This document shows positions 1-8,891 of a stretch of DNA of 64,000 bases, piece by piece (the first letter of the stretch is position 1; the number at the start of each line of letters is the position of its first letter). The position numbers and the translations under genes are program-made. Under the pieces are notes generated by a model. The model searched no databases. It was not told the origin of the DNA and saw only the letters and a list, made by a program, of their open reading frames with translations. This DNA comes from Phycisphaerae bacterium (lineage in GTDB: Bacteria > Planctomycetota > Phycisphaerae > Sedimentisphaerales > Anaerobacaceae): the NCBI GenBank assembly GCA_030639495.1, contig DAOWCP010000002.1:10156-74155 (forward strand). Reading direction: 5' to 3'.

Positions 1-1
1 T

Positions 2-1672
2 ACGCAAGGTGTAATGGCAACGGCGAATCAGGTTATTAGTCCGGAGGTTGCGGAATTAGTTGCCCTTGAGTTTGGAACAGAGCTTATTGTTGAACGAAAA
101 GCAAGCATCGAAGATGAAATCCAGAAAGAGTTTGAGCAGAAAGAGAAAAATAATCTTGAAAAGCGAAGTGTCATTGTAACAATGTTAGGCCATGTCGACC
201 ATGGTAAGACTTCTTTGCTCGATAAGATAAGGTCAACCCACGTTGCTTCCGGTGAAGCTGGTGGCATCACGCAGCATATTGGTGCCTACCAGGTAAGCGT
301 TGGCGATAGCAAGATAACATTCCTCGATACCCCGGGGCACGAAGCATTTACCGCTATGCGTGCAAGGGGTGCTAATATGACTGACGTTGTTGTTTTGGTT
401 GTTGCTGCTGATGATGGTATTATGCCTCAGACAATAGAGGCCATACACCATGCCAAAGCCGCGGAAGTGCCGGTCATTATAGCTTTAAATAAATGCGACC
501 TGCCGGGATGTGATTTTAACAGAATATACGCTCAGTTCTCTGAGCACGACCTGGTACCTATTGAATGGGGCGGTAAAACTGAAGTGGTTAAGACCTCAGC
601 AATTACAGGTGAGGGCATAGATGAATTGCTTGAGCATCTCGACTATACTACCGAACTTCTTGAGCTAAAAGCAGACAATACTGTTCCTGCGAGCGGTTGG
701 GTTGTTGAGGCGGAAATGGATCCCAAACGAGGTCCGGTTGCTACTTTACTCATAAAAGAAGGTATGCTTGGCAAAGGTGACGTTGTACTTGCCGGTTCTG
801 CTTATGGCAGGATAAAAGCTATGAAAAACAGCTACGGCAGGAGTTTAAAAGGTGCAACAAGTTCAATGCCTGTAGAGGTGACCGGCCTAAATGCTGTGCC
901 GCAGGCGGGCGATAAATTTTACAGACTTGAGGATATAAACCGTGCTAAAAATGCTGCGGAAGAAAGTACATTCAGATTGCGAGAAGATGCGTTGGCTGAA
1001 CGAACCCAGGTAACACTTGAGAATCTGTTTAGTCAGATAGAAGCTGGTAATGTAAAAGAACTCAATATAATTATCCGTGCTGATGTTCAGGGTTCCGTTG
1101 ATGTTCTTATGAAATATCTCTCCGAGTTAAGCACAGAAGAAGTGAAGATTAAAATTCTCCACGCTTCAACAGGTGGAATTACAGAAGGTGACGTTGTGCT
1201 TGCCGAAGCGTCAAATGCGATTATTATTGGTTTTAATGTCATCGCTGATGACTATGTAGCAAAGCAGGCAGAATCTCATGGCGTTGATGTAAGACTTTAT
1301 ACCATCATATACCAAATAACCGAAGAGCTTCGCAAGTCTATGGAAGGTCTCCTTGAGCCTGAAGAACAGGAAAAAAGCGTTGGAAGAGCTGTTATCAGAA
1401 ACACTTTCAAGGTTTCCAGGCTCGGCACCATTGCCGGTTGCTATGTAAATGACGGGGTGGTTCGCAAAAATGCTAAAGTAAGGCTCATAAGAGATAGTGT
1501 TATCATCCGTGACAACCTTACAATAGAAACTCTCAAGCACTTCAAAGATGATGTACGCGAAGTCAAAACAGGGCTTGAATGTGGTATCAAGGTTGCCAAA
1601 TTCGATGATGTCAAAATTGATGATATTTTCGATCTGTACGAAATAGTAGAGATTGCGAGAACTCTTTCTTAA
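2..1672 (+). CDS. infB: translation initiation factor IF-2, C-terminal ~550 aa (the 5' part of the gene lies upstream of the window)
   Basis: GTPase motifs [13 protein letters not shown] and NKCD are present. The N-terminal stretch [17 protein letters not shown] aligns with the internal E. coli IF-2 region AMATINQVIDQETAQLVA. The reading frame stays open to position 2, so the gene is truncated by the window edge. Confidence 0.95.
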   Translation, partial: TQGVMATANQVISPEVAELVALEFGTELIVERKASIEDEIQKEFEQKEKNNLEKRSVIVTMLGHVDHGKTSLLDKIRSTHVASGEAGGITQHIGAYQVSVGDSKITFLDTPGHEAFTAMRARGANMTDVVVLVVAADDGIMPQTIEAIHHAKAAEVPVIIALNKCDLPGCDFNRIYAQFSEHDLVPIEWGGKTEVVKTSAITGEGIDELLEHLDYTTELLELKADNTVPASGWVVEAEMDPKRGPVATLLIKEGMLGKGDVVLAGSAYGRIKAMKNSYGRSLKGATSSMPVEVTGLNAVPQAGDKFYRLEDINRAKNAAEESTFRLREDALAERTQVTLENLFSQIEAGNVKELNIIIRADVQGSVDVLMKYLSELSTEEVKIKILHASTGGITEGDVVLAEASNAIIIGFNVIADDYVAKQAESHGVDVRLYTIIYQITEELRKSMEGLLEPEEQEKSVGRAVIRNTFKVSRLGTIAGCYVNDGVVRKNAKVRLIRDSVIIRDNLTIETLKHFKDDVREVKTGLECGIKVAKFDDVKIDDIFDLYEIVEIARTLS

Positions 1673-1728
1673 AATAAGGAAAAGGTGTTCTTTGGATTAT
1701 TCAGTTTCAAGATGAAGCTTTAAAAGAT

Positions 1729-2115
1729 ATGGAAACAAGAAGACAAAAAAAAGTATCACGTGTCATAAAAGAGGTTGCCAGTGATGCTATAACTAACCAT
1801 CTCAGCGACCCCCGAATAGAAGGTTTTGTCTCAATTACTAAAGTTGATGTTTCGCCGAATTTAAAAACGGTTGACGTTTATCTCAGTATTTTCGGTGCTG
1901 ATGAGAAATCGCAGAAAAAAACATTCGTCGCGATAAAACATGCTACGCCAAAAATACATTTTATGCTTGCAAAAAGACTTACCAGCAAGTTTTGTCCATC
2001 GCTGCATTTTAAAATGGATGAAAGTCTTAAAAAGACGATGGAGACGATGAAGATCATAAACGACGTTGCAAGTGAATATGAAATTGAAGAAGATGAAGAT
2101 GGTAATCAGGTTTGA
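1729..2115 (+). CDS. rbfA: ribosome-binding factor A
   Basis: 128 aa with the RbfA-like core RVxxxIKEVASDAI...PRIEGFVSITKVDVSPNLKTVDVYLSIFG. It sits directly after infB, the conserved gene order. Confidence 0.85.
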   Translation: METRRQKKVSRVIKEVASDAITNHLSDPRIEGFVSITKVDVSPNLKTVDVYLSIFGADEKSQKKTFVAIKHATPKIHFMLAKRLTSKFCPSLHFKMDESLKKTMETMKIINDVASEYEIEEDEDGNQV

Positions 2116-2170
2116 TCCTGAAAAACAACTTTGTAACTGATGGAGTTTATTTCGATAGACAGAGGTTATT

Positions 2171-3004
2171 ATGAAAAACAGCAAGAGCTATTCTGATAAG
2201 ATTAAAAAACTGTATAAATCGCTGAAGAAAAAATATCCGAAGATAGAGCCTATAACGCATGATACGGTTACGGAGTCTCTGGTTTATGGTGCAATATCTG
2301 AGTATCTTACAGATAAAGGTACACAGGATACATTTGCTAATATACTTGGCTATTTTACTAATTTTAATGAATTGAGGGTCTCAAGAACGGAGGAGATCGT
2401 AGAAGTAATAAATTATAAGGATGAAGAGCTTGCCCGTGAAGTTGCACATTCTATTATAAGGGTACTTGCCAGTGTTTTCGCCGGCTTTAACTGCATTGAC
2501 CTTGAGAGCCTGAAAAAACTTGGAAAGCGTCCCGCAAGACAGGCACTTGAAGAAATCGAAGGCATCACGGTTTTCATGATAGATTATTGTATGTTTACTG
2601 CTTTGAGTGGACATGCCATCCCGCTTAATACAGCAATGATAGATTATCTTATTGGTGAGGAATTCGTGTATCCTTCCTCAGAGCAGAAAGACATCGAAGG
2701 TTTTTTAACCAGGCTTATTTCTGCTAACCAGGGTTATGAGTTTTATTCACTTCTCAGGCAGGAAAGTGAAACTTATAAACCTAAAAAGAAAAAAACCACC
2801 GGGAAAGGCAAAGCTGCTTTAAAAAAAGAAGTTGCTCCAAAGAAAACCACTAAGGCAAAAGCAGCTAAAAAGGCTGCTAAGAAAAAAACCGTAACCAAAA
2901 AAACAACTAAGAAAGTAGCTAAGAAAAAAGCTGCTAAAAAGGCAGTTAAAAAAGCTAAAACAAAAGCTGTCAAAAAAAAGACTAAGAAGAAAACTAAGAA
3001 GTAA
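2171..3004 (+). CDS. hypothetical protein with a ~200-aa N-terminal domain and a ~75-aa histone-H1-like lysine/alanine-rich C-terminal tail; putative DNA-binding or nucleoid protein
   Basis: The C-terminus is almost pure K/A/T/V repeats (KKAAKKKTVTKKTTKKVAKKKAAKKAVKKAKTKAVKKK). This resembles the tails of chlamydial Hc1, Bordetella BpH1 and AlgP. I could not assign the N-terminal domain to a family. The antisense ORF 2773-3018 is an artefact of the low-complexity repeat. Confidence 0.6.
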   Translation: MKNSKSYSDKIKKLYKSLKKKYPKIEPITHDTVTESLVYGAISEYLTDKGTQDTFANILGYFTNFNELRVSRTEEIVEVINYKDEELAREVAHSIIRVLASVFAGFNCIDLESLKKLGKRPARQALEEIEGITVFMIDYCMFTALSGHAIPLNTAMIDYLIGEEFVYPSSEQKDIEGFLTRLISANQGYEFYSLLRQESETYKPKKKKTTGKGKAALKKEVAPKKTTKAKAAKKAAKKKTVTKKTTKKVAKKKAAKKAVKKAKTKAVKKKTKKKTKK

Positions 3005-3022
3005 GAAAGGATTGACAATTAA

Positions 3023-3898
3023 ATGTCAAATGAAGTATTGAGATTAGGTATCCCCGCGGGCAGTTTGTACAAATCGACTGTAGAGCTTTTTGCCAAAGCA
3101 GGGTTTCGTATCGTAGATAGCAAAAGAAACTATCTTCCGCAGATAGATGATGACCAGATCGAGCTTATCATGCTCCGTGCACAGGAGATGAGTAAGTATG
3201 TTGCTGACGGCGTTATCGACGCTGGTATCACCGGCCATGACTGGGTTATAGAAAACGATTCCGATGTGATAGAAATTTGCGAATTGGCCTATAGCAAAGC
3301 AACAAGCAAACCAACGAAATGGGTGCTGGCAGTTCCCAATGAATCTGATATCACCAAGCCCGAGCAATTGAAAGGCGGGATCGTTGCTACCGAACTTGTC
3401 AATGCAACTAAAAAGTATTTCGCTGATAAAAAAATCGATGTCAAAGTCGAATTCAGCTGGGGTGCTACTGAAGTAAAAGCCAGGCTTGTTGATGCTATCG
3501 TTGAACTGACAGAAACCGGTTCTTCTATAAGAGCAAACAACCTGAGGATAATCGATACCCTCATAGTTTCGACAACAAGATTTATCACTAATAAGCAGGC
3601 ATGGGAAGATGATTTTAAGCGTGAGAAAATTGAAAATATTTCTATTCTTCTCCAGGCTGCTATAGATGCCAGGAACAAAGTTGGTTTAAAGCTTAATATC
3701 GTAAAAGACAACCTGCCGAAGATACTTAAAATTTTACCGGCAGAAAAAAGTCCGACTATTTCAAGCCTTGCAGACGATAAGTATATCGCTATCGAAGTAA
3801 TTATCGACAGCGATATCGAAAGAAAACTTGTTCCTGCTTTGAAACGTGCTGGTGCTTCGGGGATAATTACTTATCCTCTTAACAAAGTCATTCACTGA
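3023..3898 (+). CDS. hisG: ATP phosphoribosyltransferase, long form with C-terminal regulatory domain
   Basis: 291 aa. The HisG architecture is present, with ...GIPAGSLYKSTVELF...DAGITGHDW...ELTETGSSIRANNL... and a C-terminal HisG_C regulatory domain. Confidence 0.9.
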   Translation: MSNEVLRLGIPAGSLYKSTVELFAKAGFRIVDSKRNYLPQIDDDQIELIMLRAQEMSKYVADGVIDAGITGHDWVIENDSDVIEICELAYSKATSKPTKWVLAVPNESDITKPEQLKGGIVATELVNATKKYFADKKIDVKVEFSWGATEVKARLVDAIVELTETGSSIRANNLRIIDTLIVSTTRFITNKQAWEDDFKREKIENISILLQAAIDARNKVGLKLNIVKDNLPKILKILPAEKSPTISSLADDKYIAIEVIIDSDIERKLVPALKRAGASGIITYPLNKVIH

Positions 3899-3910
3899 TT
3901 TTTAATATAC

Positions 3911-3958
3911 CAAAAATAAAAACCGGCCTTGATATTACTCAAGACCGGTTTTTTTTGT
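3911..3958. terminator. bidirectional rho-independent terminator between hisG (+) and the convergent secreted-protein gene (-)
   Basis: Hairpin aaccgg-c-cttg[atattact]caag-a-ccggtt. An A-run (aaaaataaaa) lies upstream and a T-run (ttttttttg) downstream, so it can terminate transcripts from both strands. Confidence 0.7.
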
Positions 3959-3968
3959 TCTCTCATTC

Positions 3969-5807
3969 TTACTTTATATTTTGTGCGTCAAGATATTTGT
4001 ATTGGAAATTAAAACCTTCTGCTGTGCTGAGTCCCTGAAATACTGAAACGCCGAAGTACTTGCTAACAGTTTCGAATTCCGGCAACAATTCGGGTTTGAT
4101 GGGGCCTAAAATGCTGAATCCTGCACCCTGGAAATTATCATCAGAATCATTTCCTTGTTTGGCTATTTCCGCAAATTGCTTAATTGTCCACCATATTACC
4201 TCAGCAGCTGCACAGCTGTCTTCTATAATAGCGGCTCCAACAGAAGAAGGATTGATATTTGATTTGGCATCATTAAACCATTTCGTTGAATTCAGAGAAG
4301 CAGCTTCTTTGCTGTTTAAGTTTCTGACAGCGTTTTCGACCGATTCTTCCGAACCTATTATTAAATGTGTATCAAGGACTGTAAAGGCAAAGTTTGGCAT
4401 ATCTACCTCACCGCCCGGCTCCTCCGGATCGTCGCCGGGGCTGCGCGTAGCGAACATAGGCAGATTTTTCATTTTAAGAATATAAATAGTATGGCCTAAA
4501 AGCTCTTTTGTTGAGTCCGGCTCATTGACCGCCAGCAGTTTTCCATGAATTTCTTTCAGTGATTTTTCAAGATTAATGTGGTCCGTTGTTTCTATTGCAA
4601 CTGTCGCATTCGTTGGTGATTTTCCTTTTTTGAAAGGCTTGTTCATCTGCTGAGCGTAAATAACCTGTGAACCTAAATAATCTATTATCGAAGTTTTAAG
4701 TTGCAATGAAGGCTGATCCGGTTGTGATGGCGGGACCAAAGGAGTGTTGAGCATAGCGGCAAAACCTGGACTGAAAGATGCGATTATTTTATACAATTCA
4801 GAATATGCGTTGGGCAGATCGACATTGACTACTATCATCGAATACACCGAAGCCGGCAAAAATGCAGGAGCTTTAACGGGTGCCGATTTTAAGTCGAGCA
4901 TTTTGAAAATGCCCTTTTTCTCGCCTTGGATTTTAACGTTCATCTTCGCTGAAAACGAACAGCCTGGTTTTCTCGCTACGGAAGCCGCCGCTACTATATT
5001 TGACAGGTTATCAATTCCAAGATTATCAACGATCGTTTTAAACTGACCGGATGTATCATTGCCGGAGAGGACCTGAATAATCTTTTTTATATTAATAAAA
5101 AAGTCAACGTCGTGATTTGGGCCTACAGATTTTATTGCATTGTTATAGCTGTCATTATCGAAAAGAGTTTCACTTGTAGCACCTTTGATATGGGCGATCA
5201 TGAATTTCAGTACTTCGATATCTTCCGAACCTAAAAGCACATCGTCGATAAAACAGTAACTCAAATTTCCAGCGAAACCAAAGCTAAGTCTTTTGGAACC
5301 TTCAGATGAGATGGTTCTTATTTTGACTGAGCGGTATTCGTCAGTTTTGATGCGCCAGCCTTGCTCATCTGCTTTGGTTAGCGACTCATTGATAAGCTCT
5401 TTTATCTTTTCAAGGTTTTCTCCCCATTGCAGGATAAAAAGTGCGGTCGGTTCATTATTTTCAACAGCTGTGGCATCCATAACAAGTGCGAAACTCACTC
5501 TGCCCCTCGGCAACAATTCGGAATCTGCGATCGATTTAACAAAAATGTTATCTTCACCTTCGATGCCCTTTTTGAATTTGTTTTTTATCTCATCAAAAAA
5601 AGCCTTCATCGCCGGTTCTTTGTATATTTTGTATAAAGACGTTTTTTCAAATTGGCTTTGAAGCTCGCTGAAATTTTCAACTTCAAGAAGTGCAACCGTG
5701 TCAGCGGGGATAAGCTTTGCTGTTTTGGGTAAAGGCTTGGCAGTCAATGTTGATGATAAAGCGACAGTTACTATTGTGATGAAGACAAGTTTGTTTAGAT
5801 ATTTCAC
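3969..5807 (-). CDS. secreted hypothetical protein (612 aa) with an N-terminal signal peptide
   Basis: N-terminus MKYLNKLVFITIVTVALSSTLTA is a signal peptide. No catalytic motifs were recognised. It is convergent with hisG and shares the terminator. Confidence 0.5.
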   Translation of the reverse strand: MKYLNKLVFITIVTVALSSTLTAKPLPKTAKLIPADTVALLEVENFSELQSQFEKTSLYKIYKEPAMKAFFDEIKNKFKKGIEGEDNIFVKSIADSELLPRGRVSFALVMDATAVENNEPTALFILQWGENLEKIKELINESLTKADEQGWRIKTDEYRSVKIRTISSEGSKRLSFGFAGNLSYCFIDDVLLGSEDIEVLKFMIAHIKGATSETLFDNDSYNNAIKSVGPNHDVDFFINIKKIIQVLSGNDTSGQFKTIVDNLGIDNLSNIVAAASVARKPGCSFSAKMNVKIQGEKKGIFKMLDLKSAPVKAPAFLPASVYSMIVVNVDLPNAYSELYKIIASFSPGFAAMLNTPLVPPSQPDQPSLQLKTSIIDYLGSQVIYAQQMNKPFKKGKSPTNATVAIETTDHINLEKSLKEIHGKLLAVNEPDSTKELLGHTIYILKMKNLPMFATRSPGDDPEEPGGEVDMPNFAFTVLDTHLIIGSEESVENAVRNLNSKEAASLNSTKWFNDAKSNINPSSVGAAIIEDSCAAAEVIWWTIKQFAEIAKQGNDSDDNFQGAGFSILGPIKPELLPEFETVSKYFGVSVFQGLSTAEGFNFQYKYLDAQNIK

Positions 5808-5840
5808 TTTGCAGGCCTTTCGAGAAGCAAAAATTGGTTT

Positions 5841-6806
5841 TTATTTTTTCCGGAAATCGGGCTTTTGTTCATTTTTTCTGCTGTCAGGCTGAAGGTATTT
5901 GTAGCCTGTATTGGGTGCGTCTTTGTCGTATGCGAATGATTCTCTGTTTTCGATGAAGTGTTTTATATAGTTGACCGGGATGGCAAAACCGAGTCCTCCG
6001 AAGAAGATGTAGCCCATATTTGTCACACCTATGACTTCGCCGGCAAGGTTGAACAACGGGCCTCCGGAGTTGCCTGGGTTGATGTCGGCATTTGTCTGTA
6101 GATATACCAACCCTTCAAAAGATCTGTTCTTTGTGCTAATGACGCCGTCGGTTACAGTTCTTTCCAGCCCCAATGGTGTGCCGATAGCAAATACCTGCTG
6201 ACCTACATTGATATCTTCGAGATCGCCGAGGCAGACATATTTTATTTCTGCACCTTCGAGGTCTTCGACTTTCAATAGTGCCAGATCGACGAATGGGTTC
6301 AGTGCTTCGATCTTTACCTTTTTGAATTTTTTCTTTTCAAAGCCGTTCGGACCTTTCTGGAAAACTGTTACTTCGATCTTTGTTTCCTGCTCGATCACGT
6401 GGCAGTTGGTTATCAGGTAGCCTTGCTCATTGATGAAAAACCCAGAGCCGAGCCCGCCGGGGGTTGAAACTTTTACGACTGCTTCTGCTACTTTTTCAAC
6501 ACATTTTTCGATAGACATTTTTTTGAGGTCGGCAGTTCTGTAGAGTTGATGGTTTGAGACAGCCGAGGCTGACGGTTCGTTGATGTCAGCAGCCTGCCCG
6601 TTGGTATCATTTGTGTATTGGTATTGGGTGATGTCATCTTTTGAAATCGACAGAGCGGTGTAGCCGATGTCGAGGATGAGCAGGTTGTCTTTGTCCGCGA
6701 GGATGTCACCGGTCAGGGTTTGGCCTTGCTTTAGCGTTACTACATCAGCTAAAGCAGCGACGGCTATTATCAATACCACCAGGATACCTATCGTTAACGA
6801 TCTCAT
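5841..6806 (-). CDS. membrane-anchored trypsin-like serine protease (S1C, HtrA/DegP-like protease domain; no PDZ domain seen)
   Basis: N-terminal TM segment LTIGILVVLIIAVAALA. Catalytic-triad context is present: ...YLITNCHVIEQ... and ...NPGNSGGPLFNLAGEVIGV... (GNSGGPL serine motif). Confidence 0.8.
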   Translation of the reverse strand: MRSLTIGILVVLIIAVAALADVVTLKQGQTLTGDILADKDNLLILDIGYTALSISKDDITQYQYTNDTNGQAADINEPSASAVSNHQLYRTADLKKMSIEKCVEKVAEAVVKVSTPGGLGSGFFINEQGYLITNCHVIEQETKIEVTVFQKGPNGFEKKKFKKVKIEALNPFVDLALLKVEDLEGAEIKYVCLGDLEDINVGQQVFAIGTPLGLERTVTDGVISTKNRSFEGLVYLQTNADINPGNSGGPLFNLAGEVIGVTNMGYIFFGGLGFAIPVNYIKHFIENRESFAYDKDAPNTGYKYLQPDSRKNEQKPDFRKK

Positions 6807-6939
6807 AAATTACTCCAATATCGAATTATGTGCAGTTATTTTCTTTATTTAAAGATATCTTAATTACTAAACAAAGCGAAGGCAATTATAAAATGGTTGC
6901 CCTTGATTTTGCTCGTTATTGTTGTTTTTATTTTTAGAT

Positions 6940-6969
6940 ATACCCTTGAAGGCTAATAAATCCCCGCGA
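6940..6969. promoter_or_regulatory. conserved ~30-nt motif ATACCCTTGAAGGCTAA-N-AAAT-CCGCGA, copy 1, 134-163 bp upstream of the S1C protease gene
   Basis: A near-identical copy lies at 7930-7959, upstream of the neighbouring EF-hand lipoprotein gene. Both copies have the same orientation and sit at similar distances from the start codons. Confidence 0.5.
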
Positions 6970-7266
6970 TAAAAACCCTAAAACACGATTTTATAATTGT
7001 TTACCCGCGAATAAACGGGGAAACTCAATCGCGAGCAGTATACATCTCTATATACTGCTGAAATTGCATATTGGTTTCAGCTTATTTTGTGTTTACAGCA
7101 GCAAAAGTTGTGATATTTGGCTTATTGGCGGTTAAAAATTGTTTTCCCCCCGGTTTTTGTCACGATTTTCTTTTTTTGGTAGGAATAACGGGGTGGGTAA
7201 ATCGGTGCATTATAACCTCTCGCCAAGTGTCCGTTATCCGTTTTAGCACCTGAGGTGCCGTCCTTT

Positions 7267-7782
7267 TTATTCCCTGGCCCAGTTGCCCCATACTCTGAGA
7301 TACTCAGGTAAAGTTAACATTCCGTCTGCATTCATATCGAATTCATCGAAAACATCTTTCGCCTTAAATTCATCTTTTGTCAGTTTGCCGTCATTATTTT
7401 TGTCCATCTGTTCATAGATCGATTTGGCTTCATCGGTAATTATTCTGTTGTTAACATACTCAGCTTCGGTTGCTATACCGTCTTTGTTACGGTCTGTCGC
7501 AGCGAAAATCTTTCTCCTGACCATTTCATTCATGTGCCTTGAGTTTTTTACATATTGCTCCTCGGTCAGTTGACCATCTCCATCGGCGTCCATCCTGCCG
7601 AAGATATTTTTATATTGCTGAATATCCTGCTCGGATGCCGCTTCTGTCCCTTTTGCTCCCATCATGGCAAGTATCTGACGATGGTTTTTTGGCGCAACTG
7701 AATTATCTTTACCACATCCTGAAATTATAAAAATCAGCATAGATGTGAATATGGCTATATACAAAGTCAATGGCCTGAACAT
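7267..7782 (-). CDS. EF-hand calcium-binding lipoprotein
   Basis: Lipobox ...IFIISGCGKDN. Four canonical EF-hand loops are present: DADGDGQLTEEQ, DRNKDGIATEAE, DKNNDGKLTKDE and DMNADGMLTLPE. Confidence 0.8.
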   Translation of the reverse strand: MFRPLTLYIAIFTSMLIFIISGCGKDNSVAPKNHRQILAMMGAKGTEAASEQDIQQYKNIFGRMDADGDGQLTEEQYVKNSRHMNEMVRRKIFAATDRNKDGIATEAEYVNNRIITDEAKSIYEQMDKNNDGKLTKDEFKAKDVFDEFDMNADGMLTLPEYLRVWGNWARE

Positions 7783-7929
7783 GTGCGATCTCCTGTCTGC
7801 AAAAATGTCTCGTTAATTATTATATCTTGTCCAACTCAAACTTGCCCAACTCAAAAGCAGAATCCGATTACATCAAAGAATCTCTATGGAACCACAAATT
7901 TAGCATAAGTTTTTACAAAATCAAATATT

Positions 7930-7959
7930 ATACCCTTGAAGGCTAAGAAAATTCCGCGA
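7930..7959. promoter_or_regulatory. conserved ~30-nt motif, copy 2, 148-177 bp upstream of the EF-hand lipoprotein gene
   Basis: TATACCCTTGAAGGCTAAGAAAATTCCGCGA against copy 1 TATACCCTTGAAGGCTAATAAATCCCCGCGA. Confidence 0.5.
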
Positions 7960-7999
7960 ATGGGCCAGATTTGCTGAAATCGATTTTCAAAAATTTACC

Positions 8000-8410
8000 T
8001 TTTTTCACCTTTTTTCTGCTTTTTTTCCTTTTTTTGCGAAAAATAACAGGAAATAACGGTTTTTGAGCAAAAATAACAGTGGGTAAAATGGTGTTTTGTG
8101 GATTTTTGGGTTAAAAACGAGGATTATTTTTGGGATTTGGCGAAATTCGGGGTGAATTTTTGTGCTCGGCAGGGATTAAAGTGGGTTTTTGGGCGAATCG
8201 GCAGGATTTTCCCAATTTTTCCCGGATTTTACGGTTTTTTTTGGTTTTTTACGGTTTTTTCAGAGAAATGACAAGAAATGATGAAAAATCACAAGAAATA
8301 ACGAAAAATATCAGGAAATGATGAAAAATCACAAGAAATGACAGGAAATGACAAGAAATGACGAGAAATGATGAAAAATATCAGGAAATGACGAAAAATA
8401 ACAAGAAATG
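8000..8410. repeat. non-coding region of about 410 bp with strict 10-bp periodicity: phased T-tracts, AAATAACAG repeats, and 15 tandem decamers with consensus ACAAGAAATG
   Basis: Decamers read in phase across 8000-8040 (ttttttcacc, ttttttctgc, tttttttcct, ttttttgcga). 8041-8080 carries three AAATAACAG units. 8191-8260 has T-tract decamers (gcaggatttt, cccaattttt, cccggatttt, acggtttttt, ttggtttttt, acggtttttt). 8261-8410 has 15 A-rich decamers (cagagaaatg, acaagaaatg, atgaaaaatc and so on). No codon-like structure. Confidence 0.85.
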
Positions 8411-8792
8411 TAAATTTGGTTGTCGGGAAATGGTGCTGTAATCGGCATAATCGTTACAGGCGGAATTTTTGGATGCAGATAAGCCTTGTAGACAGGCTGA
8501 GGGGGCTGGGTTTTTCGCATATGCGAAATTTACGGCCAGGAAGGAAAGTGTGTTGGCCGTGGATTGCGTGGATTTCCGTTTCGGGCTTCTCGCTTCGCTT
8601 CGTGTCGCGGATTAAAAGGGAAGACCCTGCGAATGAATCGCAGGGCTAACTATGGGAGTGTGGGTGTAGGCAAGCACAAGACCTGCCATTACAAAGAGGT
8701 GGTATTACGCCCGGGATTGAAAGGCGTGAAGAAAAGATGGAAATTATGAATTGGGGGAATATGACTCCCGCAGAGGGGCAAAGGAAAGATGA

Positions 8793-8891
8793 AAAAAGGT
8801 GAAGGTGATTCAGGGTGACTTGAATTATGACGGCATGGTCGATCTGGTAGATTTTGCGATTTTTGCCGGACAGTGGTTGGAAGGGATATAA
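8793..8891 (+). pseudogene. remnant of a C-terminal dockerin-like or calcium-binding module (KKVKVIQGDLNYDGMVDLVDFAIFAGQWLEGI*) with no upstream coding body
   Basis: A D-x-N-x-D-G-x-V-D repeat is followed by a hydrophobic/aromatic tail and a stop. In-frame stops lie immediately upstream. It sits inside a GC-richer stretch of the intergenic region. Confidence 0.3.

Noticed and set aside
2773-3018. 81-aa minus-strand ORF rich in F/L/V opposite the lysine-rich tail
   Set aside because: It is a mirror-image artefact of the AAG/AAA-rich coding repeat on the plus strand, and it lies entirely inside a confident plus-strand CDS.
7229-7256. Hairpin gcacc-tga-ggtgc followed by a T-rich run on the plus strand, just beyond the 3' end of the EF-hand gene
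   Set aside because: On the plus strand it resembles an intrinsic terminator but no plus-strand gene precedes it. For the minus-strand gene the T-run is on the wrong side. It could serve an unannotated small transcript, but evidence is too thin to call.
8261-8410. Tandem decamer array considered as a CRISPR array
   Set aside because: The units are 10 bp with no intervening unique spacers. CRISPR repeats are 24-48 bp and separated by spacers. No cas genes are nearby.
8521-8560. GGCCAGGAAGGAAAG segment considered as an SRP-RNA (4.5S) domain IV or RNase P element
   Set aside because: It lacks the symmetric CCGGAAGG tetraloop context and the flanking conserved helices. I could not fold a convincing SRP or RNase P core by eye, so it is left as an unverified possibility for an Rfam scan.
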